64,000 bases of DNA. Source: Phoronis australis (lineage: Eukaryota > Animalia > Phoronida). The position numbers and the translations under genes were made by a program. The notes beneath the pieces are model-generated. The model did not search any database. It was not told where the DNA came from and was given only the letters and a program-made list of their open reading frames with translations. This document shows positions 50,709-64,000 of the stretch, in pieces. Within the stretch, counting starts at the first letter, position 1. Each line of letters starts with the position of its first letter. Location: the NCBI GenBank assembly GCA_002633005.1, contig NMRA01000002.1:2996228-3060227 (forward strand), written 5' to 3'.

Positions 50709-52261
50709 TATACGGCTCTTTATTATTATAGGACACTTAGGACAAGTCATGATGTACGAAAATCAAATATTAAATAACAATTAAACGGCATTTGATGTAT
50801 TTCATCTGCAGTCTTTTAAAATGCTAAAAGTAAATAATAAGGAAGTCAATACTGTCATGCACTTGACTTTTTCGGTTTACACTATTTAAAACGATAGCGC
50901 GTTCGAGACGCGAACGAGGCCAAGACGCAAAACAGTGGTGTTGAATCATCTAAAAATATCACCCTATTAATTTCTTCAATGTCGGCACTCACCAGGTCAC
51001 CTTTGATATATAACCCCTTATTCTCATCGTTGTTCAGAACAAAATGTGGGTAAATAGACTATTTCAAAGGCTGATTTTGGATGTAACGTGAACACATAGT
51101 GTAACCTAACTGCCAGCAACAGGCTTCAAAACAACGTCACAGACCTGTAAAATCTTTTTAAGTGGCTCCTGGTTTCGTTTCTCAATTCAGTTTTTCTGGT
51201 TATTGATTCATGCAGCGCTGGCGTCTAACGCCCGGGAGTACGTCGACCTCCATTACCACAGCTATTTTATAAGTGTATCATTATCATTATACCACAATCA
51301 GACAACTGTGTGAGGCATTTTCTTGTAAAATTTTGTTGACATGTGGTGTTTTAACGTTAGTCTTTCTGCACTTGTTAATTACGCGTGCAAACTCAAGACG
51401 ATAGTGTTTATAAATGTTACAAATACTGTCACTCGGAGAAATGGTGATTACCGTCGGTTGGGCTTCTGAAATTGAAATTCTCGGTTGATCGATAATGTTT
51501 TTTGGTTCACCGGTTAAAATGCAGTTCACTTTTCATGTTTTAAAGATGTCGCACAATGTAGGAGCATAGGTCGCCGTAACCATTTTCTTCTTTTGAGTAA
51601 AAGAGCAACACGAGTGTCGTGCTAAAGAAAATAAAAGTGGAGCTATTGTACAAACTCCGTTCGTTGACAATTGGCTTTTGACTAATTTTCAAGAGAGGTC
51701 GACAAATGAAGCGCATATAATACGCAAAGAAAACATTTTAACTAACATGTACAATCTATAAAAGATAACTCATGCTAGTAATTTTATTGCATCATTGCGC
51801 TATTGTGTCGTTGGTACAGTTTGTAGCACAATGACATTTCTTTTTTGTTCACCTCCTGCATGTATAAAACGCGAGGTGTAAGCCAGGTTACGCGTTATTT
51901 GGTTGTGGTGTGCGCCCCGACTGATATTGAAATTTGCCCCTCACTACATACATGTATAAAAAGGGTTACTTTCAATAATTAATCCGCTTGGAGGCGCTGT
52001 GACCTAGTAGTCACTTCTGTCTTGTCTCTGGTGACGCGTGTTCCGTAGACGCGAATCTCGCGAAAACGGTCAAGTATTATTTCGCGAGACTACGCCAAGC
52101 GAAGCATGGGATCACACTTGCTTCCTTCTCGAGATTCCTCGTCAACGCAGCTTAACTCAGCTTTGCGTCCACCATCACGACTTGCGCTCCCCCCGAGATT
52201 CGGCATTATCACACCGAGCTCGTGAACTCACATGCCTCACTTTGACACTATCACCTCACTA

Positions 52262-52372
52262 ACAATAACCCTACCCCTAACGATAACAATTAACCCTAAA
52301 CGTCATTACGTTTTGATAATACCGAACCCCTTGCCCCAGTGCAAGTTACCCCGGAGCAACTTACCCTACCTC
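52262..52372 (-). mobile_element. Possible Helentron-associated (HINE-like) non-autonomous fragment
   Basis: Degenerate TAACCC-like tract followed by ttgcccc/ttacccc/ttaccct repeats. Confidence 0.3.
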
Positions 52373-53166
52373 GATAAGGTGAAGTGTAAGTTATCACACT
52401 TGTGTCAAGTTAGCTCATTGCAAGTAGCGTCCACTCTTCTACTAAACCTAACAATTATTCGTTCTAGGAGTAACTAAGTTATCTCGCAGAGTTTTAACAC
52501 AAAGATTCCGTGTATTATCACCTGCAAAAGAAAAAGAAAACTACACAAAGATTTGGCAATACAACAAAGTTTCTTTTTGGCGACTAAATTTAAACGGACA
52601 AACAGATTTACGAATGGAGTAAATTATTTCTGGAACAAGAATCTAGCCCCAAATTATTTTGAAAACTGTGAAAATACACAAAGTGGTTTTTCGGCGATAT
52701 TGAAAAAGTTTTAAATCACACTAACAATAACTTATTGACTTCCCCAAGATGTTTCCTGTCGCTGTTATAATTCATTGCTAAATTTTTATCAAGATGATTA
52801 TCAAGGCCCTGGAAGACGTGTCCCTGGGAAACGATGAAGAAAATTATTACCGATAAATTAGTTTCGCCCTTTTTCACATTCTTGAGACAATGCAGTTGAA
52901 CCAGTGATGTGAAATTCATTAGAGCGTGTTAACAACAGTAATCACGTATAGTTGTATTCCTCAGCGAGGCAATTAATTTCCTCAGCCTAAAAAAAACTTC
53001 TCTACAGGAAACTCGAGCAGCCCAGATCGATTTAAGTGATCTGATGGATGCATGATGTTTTGAGTTAAAACGAAATGTTTGGACCTGTGTATGTATTGCT
53101 AATGTATCATCGATTATTGCCAAAGCGGTGGTCGATTTTTCTGTTATTACTTTGGCCCAAACCCAG

Positions 53167-53225
53167 GGCCCACGATCTAATCTCCGTACTCAGACTCAGA
53201 CTCGACACCTAACCAATCATGATTC
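53167..53225 (+). mobile_element. Orphan left end related to the 7373-8716 Harbinger family
   Basis: CAG|GGCCCACGATCTAATCTCCGTACTCAGACTCAGACTCGA closely matches the 7373 TIR. Confidence 0.7.
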
Positions 53226-53299
53226 TATTACAACTATGAAGGTCATTCTCAGTTTAACTCTCCTCTTTAGTGAAGGTAGAGAAATAAACTGCAGGACTT

Positions 53300-53810
53300 A
53301 AGTCGCTTTCCCATTAGAAGAGAAACTTTGCTTTTACCGAAGTTTCGGTAAGTAGTAAAAATTAACTCCGGTAGTTAATCTGCAAGACAAACTTCGCTTA
53401 AATTAGCAGGATTTAAAAATGAAGCTTCGGTACTCACCGAAGCTTCAATGTAGCCGGAACACTGAAAGCGAAGCTTCGTTGAAGTTATCGGTAGAAGTCG
53501 CGGCAATGATATACGATCACGCGAGACTCGCAAAACGTGTCCTTTGTTATTGTAGCTTAGCCGACGTGCACTCAATAGGCGGACGTACATAAATAAAAGA
53601 AAGCATATCTGATGAAGAATGACACTGATCATTTTCTTAAACACTCGTAAATGGCAGGCGAACAATTTTCAGTAAGCCTCGAACTCACTACTCAACATTC
53701 GTTTGAGAGTACGACATAGCGACAACTTCGATATCGCTGTTAGTGGGAAAGGTAAGCGAAGTTTCGGCGAAGCCTCGGTAAAGCGAAGTCCCTTAATGGA
53801 AAAGCGATCC
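53300..53810. mobile_element. ~510-bp Harbinger-like MITE
   Basis: Imperfect TIRs TCGCTTTCCCATTAGAAG...TTTACCGAAG / CTCGGTAAAGCGAAGTCCCTTAATGGAAAAGCGA, with internal GAAGCTTC motif arrays. Confidence 0.7.
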
Positions 53811-54959
53811 TACATGCTTTTCAAAAAGCAATGCACATCTGTGTTCATTAACAGAGAGCACATCCAGGACTGATATTTGCTATTTTGTAGATTTTTGGTG
53901 TCAGCACAGCAACTCAAAATGCAATGTTACAAGTTTCTATGCATTCGAATGATGGATAACACAGTAATAAGAATGTGAGATAGGGATTGGCACATTTGCT
54001 GGTGAAGAAGCAGGACAAGATTTTGTCATATGTGTTGCATTGTGGTTGAATGCTTTAGAATGAGTGTGATGCTGTGTTACTTCAGGACAGCTTATTGGTC
54101 AAATTTCGAGTCAGGCCTAGACTACTGTCTGTTGCAATTTGATGTTATAATAGTTTGTACAACTAAAAAAAAACAACAGCACAAATTGTCGCCATGAAAA
54201 TATACAACAGTTTTTGCTTCGAAGATCTGTACAAACTGTCGCAGTTTGAGGGCGCGACAAGATGTGTAGTTGTGACGATTTGTGGTCTAACAAAGCGCCC
54301 TCACAAAACAGTCGCAGTTGTAGGATTGCGACAACATGTGTAGTTGTGACAGTCTGTGGTCTTACAAAGTGTCCACACAAAACAAAAACAAACCAAAGGA
54401 AAATCATTCGAGATCTTAAAACCATAATATTAACGATGTAACATTCCGGGCACAAAATCCACCACTGTTAATTTTCCTTGATATTCTACGTTGAGGCTGT
54501 AGCCCTGTTTGCTAATTGAAATATATTGACTTTGGGGTATGGCAGAATTCTTTAAGTTATTAGCGTTGACGAGACCAGTATTAATTGTCGGTGATAAATG
54601 AATCTTTATTATCACGCAGAAGCACCCAGCCTCGAAGCTTATAATGTTTTAATTACAAAAGATTTAATTTTCATCATGAAAACAACAATAGTAATGTTAC
54701 TAATTAACAACAGCTTAAATAATTAAGTCTCGGCAAGGAACTAATAGTGTTGCTAGAAATCATAAAACACAAGAATTCACTGTTCAAGACTAGTTTTGAA
54801 TCTAGATGTTGAATCTAAATTTGGTGTGAAAGACATCAAACATTTTTTACCAATATTTTGAATAGGCCTGGAACGTGATAACTAGACTAAGTTGCAATAT
54901 CGAAAGTGGTTCTCTGCCGTAGAAGCAGAATTCAACCTACTCACCAGTTATTTGTAGGG

Positions 54960-55330
54960 TTTGTTCTGCTGATATCAAAGCATTTTCTTTTAGTTTCAAA
55001 TTTCAAAAAAGAAAACGATCTTTCAGCTGCTCGCCACTTCGTCGATTTTTCTCCCACAAGGTAAAGCACGTCTCCTTATTTGGTATGGCAAGACATAGAC
55101 GTAGCACATTTCCCTTATATGGAAAATGTAATCAAGCAACTGACTGCACGAGCGCATTTATTATCAGTGGGAGATGGATTAGAAACTGTGGTAACCATAG
55201 AGTTTTTCCTGCACTCGTAGTTTAAAAATAGTGAGTTTAGTGATTTTTTTCTGGAAATTTCCTCACAAGGAAAGTAGATTGCTCTGTACTAGACGTTGCG
55301 AGATGGTACTTCGGTCAGGAATCGTTTAAA
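54960..55330. mobile_element. Inverted, internally deleted homologue of the 26530-27258 repeat
   Basis: Reverse-complement similarity in two blocks; CCTCT-TTAA follows at ~55362-55370. Confidence 0.65.
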
Positions 55331-57412
55331 AGATATTTTTGACAAGCTATCGCATATCATGCCTCTTTAAAATTCATACCGTGAATAATACGCTTACAAG
55401 AAAGTCACGCATTTCTAAAGATATGCGGGAATTTTCACCGCTCGTCCTTCTGAGCGGCTTGTACCAGGATCAAAGAGAGCGCGGCGCCGGAATCAGGTAC
55501 AGTTGTGATAACCGCATTGCCCGATGCGAGCAAGACCCAGTAATTATCTGATCATAAACTGTATTAAACATCTCTGACTGTACCTAATGGCGAATTTTCA
55601 AAATGCATTAACCACTAATTTTCGTTATAAACGAGCCCCACGGCGGTATTCAGCTAAAAATAACAACCAAGTACGGTTTTCGATTTTTAAAAATCTATGA
55701 ACTAATAATATAAAAACTACAACCATTGGGTACGATTGAAGATAAACTACCGCGCGTATTGATATACTCGGTGGATATACAAACGCTGATCAGAGTTAAC
55801 AATATCACATGGATTCATTTTTTAATATTCTTTCAATCTCGTTTAACCAGATTTGTGACCAGGAAACAGTTGTTGTGCCGACTTTTCATTTTTTATTACT
55901 GACAAAGAGCTAGAATAGTTATATAGTCAGTGTCACAGAAATTGTCCAGAGATTCCAAATCTTCAGCTTGGTTATCACCATATTTTGCACTTTTGTATAT
56001 ACTTTATAATTTGAGTTCTAATAAAGATTAAACTTTAATGACACGTGAAATGTTTAGTGTACCTGTAATGTAGTAAGTTTAGGGTTGGGCTCACAATGAA
56101 CTTAACTAATTAAGATTAGCTGGCGATCAAAATCTACCACTGTTTTGGTACTTCAAGTTCAAAACTTAGAAAAAAGGTTATCAACCCGTTTCCGGTGAGA
56201 AAAAAAAGCAAGTGGGCAGAAGCATTAAAATTAAATAATGAAAACCAATATGAAACATATCGTTCCTTTGGGAAGTGGCCTTTTGTGAAGATAAACACAA
56301 GTTAACCTTTTTAGTCATTTTGTAATATTCATAATGTACCAAGTTAAAACTACTCTCCAGAGTTGCAGGCTATAACTCTGCAAATGTCAGAGAAAACCAA
56401 AATGGGGGTACTAACAACAACCATTGTTGAGACAGTAATGCTAGGACTTCATTAGCTCAGATCTACCTCAATACAAAGGGCGTGCTGAATAGGCATCGTA
56501 AAAGTTGTCTGGGGCTTAGGGAATCAGAGCGGTCACCAAGTGTAAGCGAGAAATTCTCCACATTTCACCACAGAAAAATAAGAAATCAAATTCGTCTTCA
56601 ACCTGTCCTGACTCTTTCGTTTGAAGACAGAATTACATATCGTTTTGTTTTCCACTCGGAGACTAGCAGGATCTCATAGCTAAACTGATCAAGAAATTAT
56701 CTTAGAAATCGGTGGAGTAGGAACCTAGTGTTAAACGTTTTTAGGGTTCTCAATTTGGGCAATGTTTGGATCCGGCCCGAGCAAGTGTCCGCCAATTGTA
56801 AAATATTACAAGCTATTTCAGCATCAAAAAGGCAATTATGCGTGTTCTGCATGAAAGTTGGAACAGAAGGTGTGTATTATTTCAGAAGATTTGTTTCTGT
56901 GTGCGTAACAGCTATCCCAAAGGGAAATCACTATAGAGAGACTCTGGTATCACTCATAGTCATGAGTTCAAAATTTGCTCATTTAATACTTTCTTCTGAT
57001 ATAAAATCATGTCACGTCAAGTTGTCATGAACGATTACATGCATATTTTAAAGGCAACCTTTGCAAATGTACCTATTTTGCATTCCATCGGCTTGCTGGT
57101 TACGTAAAGCGTCATCATCCCGCAAAATAACCAAATGTAGGACAAACAAGTGGACATTCCATTTGTTGTAAATTTGATATCCCGGACCCTACAAGCAGTT
57201 ATATTTAGCAATAAATCTCCCAATTGCTTTTCATGCAGCGTCGGCCATGACGCAAAATATCACTAATCTAAATCTAAATCTAAAAACACTCCTCAATACC
57301 ACAGAGAATAATAAAAGGTGCCAGAGTAAGATATTTTGGCCTGTAATGAATAACGTTATTCATTGACTTTCATTGTCTGTAGTGTGATCCACTCAGTTTC
57401 CGACATGTTCTG

Positions 57413-57550
57413 GGCCCAGGAGACTCGACTCGGACTCAGACTCCAAACTTAACCACCTCATGATAAGAGTAAAAATCTGAACGTTTACTCAAGGCGCGAC
57501 ATGCAAATAGTCATTTTTTGAGTCAAGTTTCGGGTACAGAGATTAGGCCC
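57413..57550. mobile_element. Short degenerate MITE of the GGCCC/ACTCAG Harbinger family
   Basis: GGCCC...actcgactcggactcagactc on the left and gtacagagattaggccc on the right, with CWG flanks. Confidence 0.5.
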
Positions 57551-57769
57551 CAGACTCTGGAGTCTTTGTTCCGTGTCACTCATCAGTGCTATACCATCAA
57601 CATATAATCGAAGTCTGTACAAGTTTTAACTGTCTGAAGCTGTGTTAATGCTTAGTTTTTGTGGTCATAGAAAGATCACTTAAAATAAGCGAGGACAGTG
57701 TCGGGCTAAGCCAATCATCTTGTTCCACTTCCAAGTATAGAAAGAACCATTCCGTGTTCATAGCAGGTC

Positions 57770-58112
57770 TTAAAGATATTATTGGTTTTACGGCCGAAAA
57801 TTTTTGGGATTAGACCTGTTGTTGGATGGGATAGAATTCTTGAAGTAATTAGCTTTGACCAGAACTAGAAAACAACAAAATTCGTTGTGTTTTTGTGATT
57901 TGATTACAAATCGTCAAATCTTTCCGTTGTCTGCCAGACAATCGCTGAAATCCTGGTATAGCTCATTGCTGAAATTAAGGTTGGTGACTTATATCACTTA
58001 CATACGCTTAAACACTCCGCCGTTTAAGCAGTGGGATTTAACTCCGCCATCAGGGAGTTAGGCTGGGTTGCAGGTTCGATGTTAGTTAAATACAATGGCA
58101 ACATTGACTTAA
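57770..58112 (+). mobile_element. Kolobok-type MITE with tRNA-like module (family copy C)
   Basis: Starts ttaaagat...ttttacggccgaaaa and is collinear with copy A. Contains gggatttaactccgcca...caggttcgat at 58032-58080. Confidence 0.65.
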
Positions 58113-59611
58113 ACAGGAGTGTGCCGTTATGAACGGCTTGCTACACACGACCAAACAGTTTGGGAGAGTTTGCTAGCAAAAGTTTGGTACAATTTGCAAG
58201 AGTAGACTGGTTGCCAAGGTCACAAAAACATCAACATTTTCGAGTTGTTTCGTGTTTTTTCAAACAAAGGTTTGATAGAATTTTCAGTGTAGACGGGATT
58301 TAACAATTTCATTGTTACCCTGTCCCTAAACCTTCAAGGAATGTTTTGTTTTTGCTGGGTGCTATTTTCTTGAGGTGCTTGCGTAAGATACTTGATTCAA
58401 TTTCACTTGGTATATTCTGTTATGATCGTTTCTCTTTATAATACCGCCAAACCAAGAGCCTCTTGTTTGATCGAAGGCAAGACTATTCTGGTTATAGGTC
58501 TGATCTTGTTGATATAACCGAGTCGGAGGTATTGAAAAATAATACGGATCTAAACAAATCATCCGGAGCATTAGTACATTTATACCTTCGTGGTTTATTA
58601 AGTTTTCATGGTGATCTTGCATGCTGACGCAAAAATTGCTAAATATTACACCAAGCTGTATTTGGCTTTTCAATAAATGCAGGGGATAGACTCTAAACCT
58701 TTTAAAAATGTAGAACGTCGTGAGGAAAGAAATGTAGTCTTCATCAGATTTCTACATCGATTAGACGGATGTGAATCCGTGATTTTATTAGAATGAAAGG
58801 GTGGTTTTTAAAAACGGTATTTCACAACCTGTAACTTAGTTCAAATTTATGGAAATCGAGGGGTAATTCATACCGTAAGACACGAGCACTAAATGAGGTC
58901 GTGGGGTTCAATAGGAACTCGTTGCTCATAGGATTCCCTGATTTCTAGGAACATGAAAGTAAAACTAAAGCCGCTTACGGATCTAGGATGTTGAAAAGAG
59001 GAAAACCATTAATTTCGAAGGAAAACTGTTTGCATGACACCCCCAACAAATTGCCCCGACGGCATTTTTGTCCGGAGAAGTGTGGGCTTATACGTCATAC
59101 ATCCGCCTATGAACTCAAATAAAAATCGAACGTCGAACGAAAATGCGTCGAGCAACTATCGAAGTGTTGTCTAAGAAAAAACCCCAAGGGTGTTCAACGT
59201 GCCGCATTGAGTCATGTCCACTGTAGCTGGTTACGTTTTTACATCTTTCAAGCTGTTCATTGCGGACTTGAACAGTAACATTTGATTATTAATTAATTGA
59301 TGAGAGACGCGCTTTCAAAACTACAAACCGGGAGGAATATTCAAGCAGTTCACCTCCTTTGCATCGTCGCCAGCATTGTCGCATGCACATACTATTTTGA
59401 TTTAACATATCAGGTGTCCCAAAATGTGGCTCAATTTTTGGGACCCCCGATATAGCAGTTTGATGACCCTACCAGCCCCTGAATCAACACCTCCTTCCAC
59501 CTACAAGCATTTATAATTGCATAACCGGTCTGATCTTGTTTTGACAGCATTACAAATATCATTCATGAAGTGAATTTGTTAGAGGCTAGTTTAGACTACT
59601 TGATAGCAATT

Positions 59612-60492
59612 GTTTATACCAAATGTACGAAGCTGTCATGACGTGTCTCAGCTCATTAGCCGTACCGTCGATGTGAACTGGAGAGAAGAGAGAAAGCATT
59701 TGCAGACGCAAATTGCTGCAATATTGTTTAACATAATTGAACGTTTGCTCTTGAGATGTAAAGAGTCACGTCATAGGATGTTGTCAATTAAATAACCCTC
59801 AGAGACATCAAATGTGTACTTTGCAAGTAATCGTTTAAGCGCATAACTATTCACTTTTTGTCGAGTTTGTAAACTTTTGATAAAGAGCAGTTAGTCTGAT
59901 ACGCCTGAAAATAAAGACACATACCGACTCAGTGAGTAATATTTTTTCCTTACTTGTTGGTGTCCGTTTTTGACACACTTGTTTACTACATACACTTGTA
60001 TCATCAGTCAGTTAACGCTGCTATATAATCATGTACTTTCCCTAAAAAACTNGTTTATACCAAATGTACGAAGCTGTCATGACGTGTCTCAGCTCATTAG
60101 CCGTACCGTCGATGTGAACTGGAGAGAAGAGAGAGAGCATTTGCAAACGCAAATTGCTGCAATATTGTTTAACATAATTGAACGTTTGCTCTTGAGATGT
60201 AAAGAGTCACGTCATAGCATGTTGTCAATTAAATAACCCTCAGAGACATCAAATGTGTACTTTGCAAGTAATCGTTTAAGCGCATAACTATTCACTTTTT
60301 GTCGAGTTTGTAAACTTTTGATAAAGAGCAGTTAGTCTGATACGCCTGAAAATAAAGACACATACCGACTCAATGAGTAATATTTTTTCCTTACTTGTTG
60401 GTGTCCGTTTTTGACACACTTGTTTACTACATACACTTGTATCATCAGTCAATTAACGCTGCTATATAATCATGTACTTTCCCTAAAAAACT
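59612..60492. repeat. 440-bp tandem duplication across a single N (59612-60051 / 60053-60492); probable assembly artefact
   Basis: The copies abut at N60052 and differ by a few substitutions. Confidence 0.9.
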
Positions 60493-62289
60493 AAGTCTTG
60501 ATTGATACTGTATTCAGAAGTGTAATTTTCATACGAAGTCCCAGGACAAATGATCTCGTATGGAGTTCTCAAGGTATTGTTTGCCAAATAGCGCGTCTGA
60601 TCATGAAGCATAACAAACGCTTAAAAACGAACGTTCACAATGGCGTCTCATCCGCCATTTTGTAACTGATTAGCCTAACGTTAAGGTACAAAATGGTAAT
60701 CTGACTAATCACGTTTGTAGTCACCATGCCGAACAGAGTCAGTCTAACCACGAAATGTGGACTCTACGTTATTTACGCATATGCGGGCATGCAATCCGGC
60801 AAGTCAAATGATTTCAAACCGAAGAATGACTGGCGTTCGCACAAGCGCAGATAACGTTCACCTCCGAGGGTAAATTTGTGGCTACCAAAATATCCAGTGT
60901 TTTTTCGGATAGTACTAAGAACAGGGCCAAGTCGGTGCTGGCCTCAGTCACCAGGTGGCAAGACTTGCTTGACACGCCTTGTGTGAATTTTGATGGCTAT
61001 TAAGCCGGCTCTCACTAAGCAATAGCAAAATGTGAGTTCTTCACAAGGCCAAAAGTCACATCTAATCTGATTAAAGATCGAGTCGTCCTTTTAGTCAAAC
61101 GTTATTTTTACGGAAGTCAAAGTTATAGGATCTTTAAATTATTCCAAGAGAAAATTGAGAATAACAAGAACTAACGTGAGTCGTGTGACATTTAGCTCTT
61201 TTTTGCAACAGTACCCGAGTGAAATCCTTTTCTGTAGAGCTCGTTACATGGCATTCGCAAGGTGGTAATTTATATGTTGGTCAAGGTATGTAACGAAACG
61301 GCTACTGAATGCCTCCTATTACGGCACCGTAAATATTAAGTAACTCGTAAGTTGCTAAATGTTTTATGAAGTATTTTTTACAAAGCTGATCCCCTCAAAT
61401 CATTGTTCCGTATTAAGTAAGAGCCGCGTCGTAAAGCAGAGGAATGGCACTGAGCTATGCTGGGTCGCGTTCAGTTAAGCGAGACACTCGCGAGTCACAG
61501 CTCACGTGCTCCGCTTGTTATGCGTGCAGATATATCGCAAAAACCTGAGTGATCTCGCCAAACTAGCGAAGCACACGCGAGGCACTTGCGGCTTGAAATC
61601 TTCTCTTATGGATTGTATCCCACAATTCAACATTCAAGCCTCGCCGACCATTCACTTGAGTGGCTCTCATTTTGCTAGTGTGCTCGAGTGAGGTCACGAG
61701 CCTACTCGCAAAATGCTCGCCTTTCACTTTGTGTGGTCTTATGTGATTCTGCTTTTCTCGTGAGGGTCTTGTGTCTATGGAAGGCAGCCGTAGCTATGTT
61801 TCCACAAGGTACGCCAGTGCAAAGAACACTCATCTGTTCGCAGATTTTATGTTTTCAAATTTTATCTGATTATAGGTATATTAGTGAAAAATAGCACTCT
61901 CATGCGGTTACTGCTAGAACTTAGCACAATGCGCCGTGATAGCACGGGCGGATAGTGGAAAGGAGTAGAACTGCTTTTAAGGATAATGCCTCTCCTAGGA
62001 GTTGCTTCCGTCGCACTCAGTTTTCAATATGTGTGTCGTAACGATGTTGTTCACTGACGTGGCTGGGTTCAGGGTCAACATACAATGTCGAAGTGAAGCA
62101 GGTTCTGAGTATTGAGGGTTACGCTTGGTGTAAAATCATGCATATGACTTTCTGAAGCTATACGACAGGCTCTAGATGAGGAATAGTAATTCACTTCGTG
62201 ATGCAGCCCTTACCGGTAACTTTTATTCCCAACAAAATGACGAGATATGCCACAAATCGCTAAGAAACTGGTCACAATTTGATTCTTTC

Positions 62290-62520
62290 CATGCGCGCAC
62301 CCAGTGGCGAAGTGGGCAAAAAGGTCCGCCTCAGTGATACAAAAAGTCCCAGAACACGAGATAAAAGTCCACTAAAAAGGTGCAAAACGCACAATTCACA
62401 GCACGTACAGCTCCGATAGTGGTACTGTTTTTTTTCTTAGTCGACCAACAAATTTGTTACTAAAAGGTCCACATCGCCAAGAATTCGAGCTCCCCATATT
62501 GAAGGCTGGGTGCGCGCATG
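62290..62520. mobile_element. 231-bp MITE with perfect 15-bp TIRs
   Basis: CATGCGCGCACCCAG / CTGGGTGCGCGCATG. Flanks CTTTC and CTCTC match at 4 of 5 positions (possible 5-bp TSD). Confidence 0.8.
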
Positions 62521-63208
62521 CTCTCTTCGAGTGTGCTTTGGCTTGTTAAGAGCTGCTGTTAACTAAAATGAATAAACAGTTCAGAAGTCCCTTCTAGTTC
62601 ACTGAGACCAGTTTTATTACTTTACATGGATTAAATCTGAAGTTGTTTGACAGATGGCGAATTAATAACAACTTAAATATAAAAGAGACAAAGTAATTTA
62701 AGGAGAGTATTATCATTGAATTTTGAATTTCAGACTATTTTAAATTTTTCTGAAATGTATTAGCCTTAATTCTGCATTTAGACTTGTTGAAAAATGAAAA
62801 TAATGAATCGAAAATTGCAAAGTTGTCATTTCGAAATTTTCTTTGAAAAATCATGTACCATTGATTACCACACAGCACACTCGAATGCTTGTTTACGCTA
62901 AAGTATCCAATAAAACCCATATGAGGTATAACCTCAAATTGGTCCATAATAACAACGGTGCAAAAATCACCGTCAAAGCAGGTTGCCAAATTGTTTTTTA
63001 TTAGTAATGTTACATCAGATCTTACCCTCTGGTATCTTTTCTTTGTCAAAGATACCAGGTCTCATTAAAACTGTCAATATTCAATTTTGTAGCAAATCGC
63101 CACCTTGTGACTTCCTGGAAAACTGTGTACAAGTATAACCAGGAAAAGAAACAATTTATAAATAAAATGCGGTTTTAAAGAAAACACCACAGCTGATATA
63201 CTTAAAAA

Positions 63209-63363
63209 CAAATGTGAACAAATAGAAAACCCTAGTAATTCCAAATATTAAGCAAGCGTTATTTGATAGTGAAATGAACAAATAGTACAAATGTGAACAT
63301 ATAGAAAACCCTAGTAATTCCAAATATTACGCAAGTGTTATTTGATAGTGAAATGAACAAATA
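63209..63363. repeat. 80-bp tandem duplication
   Basis: caaatgtgaaca(a/t)atagaaaaccctagtaattccaaatatta...gttatttgatagtgaaatgaacaaata occurs twice. Confidence 0.9.
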
Positions 63364-63843
63364 ATAAAAACTGTGCCAATTTAATGAAACATATCATCTT
63401 TAAGTAAAACTAGCTAATTGCATGCTCGGATTTTCAGTGAAAATTGAGGAAAAACGAGTACAGAACACGTTTGAGTTTATTTCCTGAGCCATGTATGGAT
63501 CGAAATTTATGAAATTACACAGTTGTGAATCTTAAACAAATGAGTTTCAAAATCTTCCCACGATCTTCCTTTAATTTTATGATAACATCACTTTTTGAGA
63601 TGCAAGTGAAAATATGGCTGAAAATATGTATTTGCCAAATCTCAAACCAATAAACTAGCTTCATGCTTGTTATCGTGTATTGAGAGAAAACGGGGTTTTG
63701 GATAAAAATGCAATTTAAAAAAAAATGATTCACAATCATTTTCCCTTACTTTTTCTCAAGTTTTGAGTCAAGGTTAACATGATGAAATTTTACTTATTTT
63801 AAAAAAGCTCATGGAAAAACGATCAGCTTTTCTACTCCGTTAA

Positions 63844-64000
63844 GGGGTACTATCGGCGAGAACACTACTCAGTAGTCCGAGATCCCCGCGGTCGCAGCCT
63901 AACAGTCATTAAATGGCAGAGCGGCTATTTAGCTGGTAAAGTCAACTGCCTTGATTTCAGCGAAAGCCAGGACAACGGCGAGAATTAGGGATTTGTAATA
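63844..64000 (-). mobile_element. Right half of the TTAA MITE family on the minus strand (cut by the window edge)
   Basis: The reverse complement reads attacaaatc...aattctcgccgttgtc...gaaatcaagg...ggctgcgac...ttctcgccgatagtacccc-TTAA, matching the 3' half of copy A. Confidence 0.65.

Noticed and set aside
58362-58673. 103-aa ORF
   Set aside because: Non-ATG start, no recognisable motif, and within the length expected by chance.
62735-63049. LINE endonuclease fragment (also a possible RT fragment at 33951-34235)
   Set aside because: Only vague similarity; no catalytic motifs visible.

Overview
This is AT-rich eukaryotic DNA, most likely from a marine invertebrate animal (inferred from GT-AG splice signals, microsatellites and a THAP/Kolobok/Harbinger/hAT/Penelope repeat landscape). 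It comes from a gapped draft assembly, with one 287-N gap and two single-N joins flanked by ~440-bp duplications. I found no complete, intact host protein-coding gene, rRNA, real tRNA or CRISPR array; the window is mostly decayed transposons. Best-supported features: a young TTAA-flanked Kolobok-like element with ~160-bp TIRs and an intact THAP ORF running into the gap (37490-38774); a 1.34-kb PIF/Harbinger element plus MITEs with CAG target duplications; two decayed THAP relics, one divergently paired with a KolX-like relic; a spliced SAP + YqaJ/lambda-exonuclease pseudogene; an intronless decayed USP deubiquitinase; a hAT transposase C-terminus; and a Penelope GIY-YIG fragment. The most unusual observations are a ~345-bp TTAA-flanked MITE family with a positionally conserved tRNA-like A/B-box module, and a two-exon signal-peptide gene broken by one extra base. 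All domain calls are by-eye motif recognition; no database search was run.
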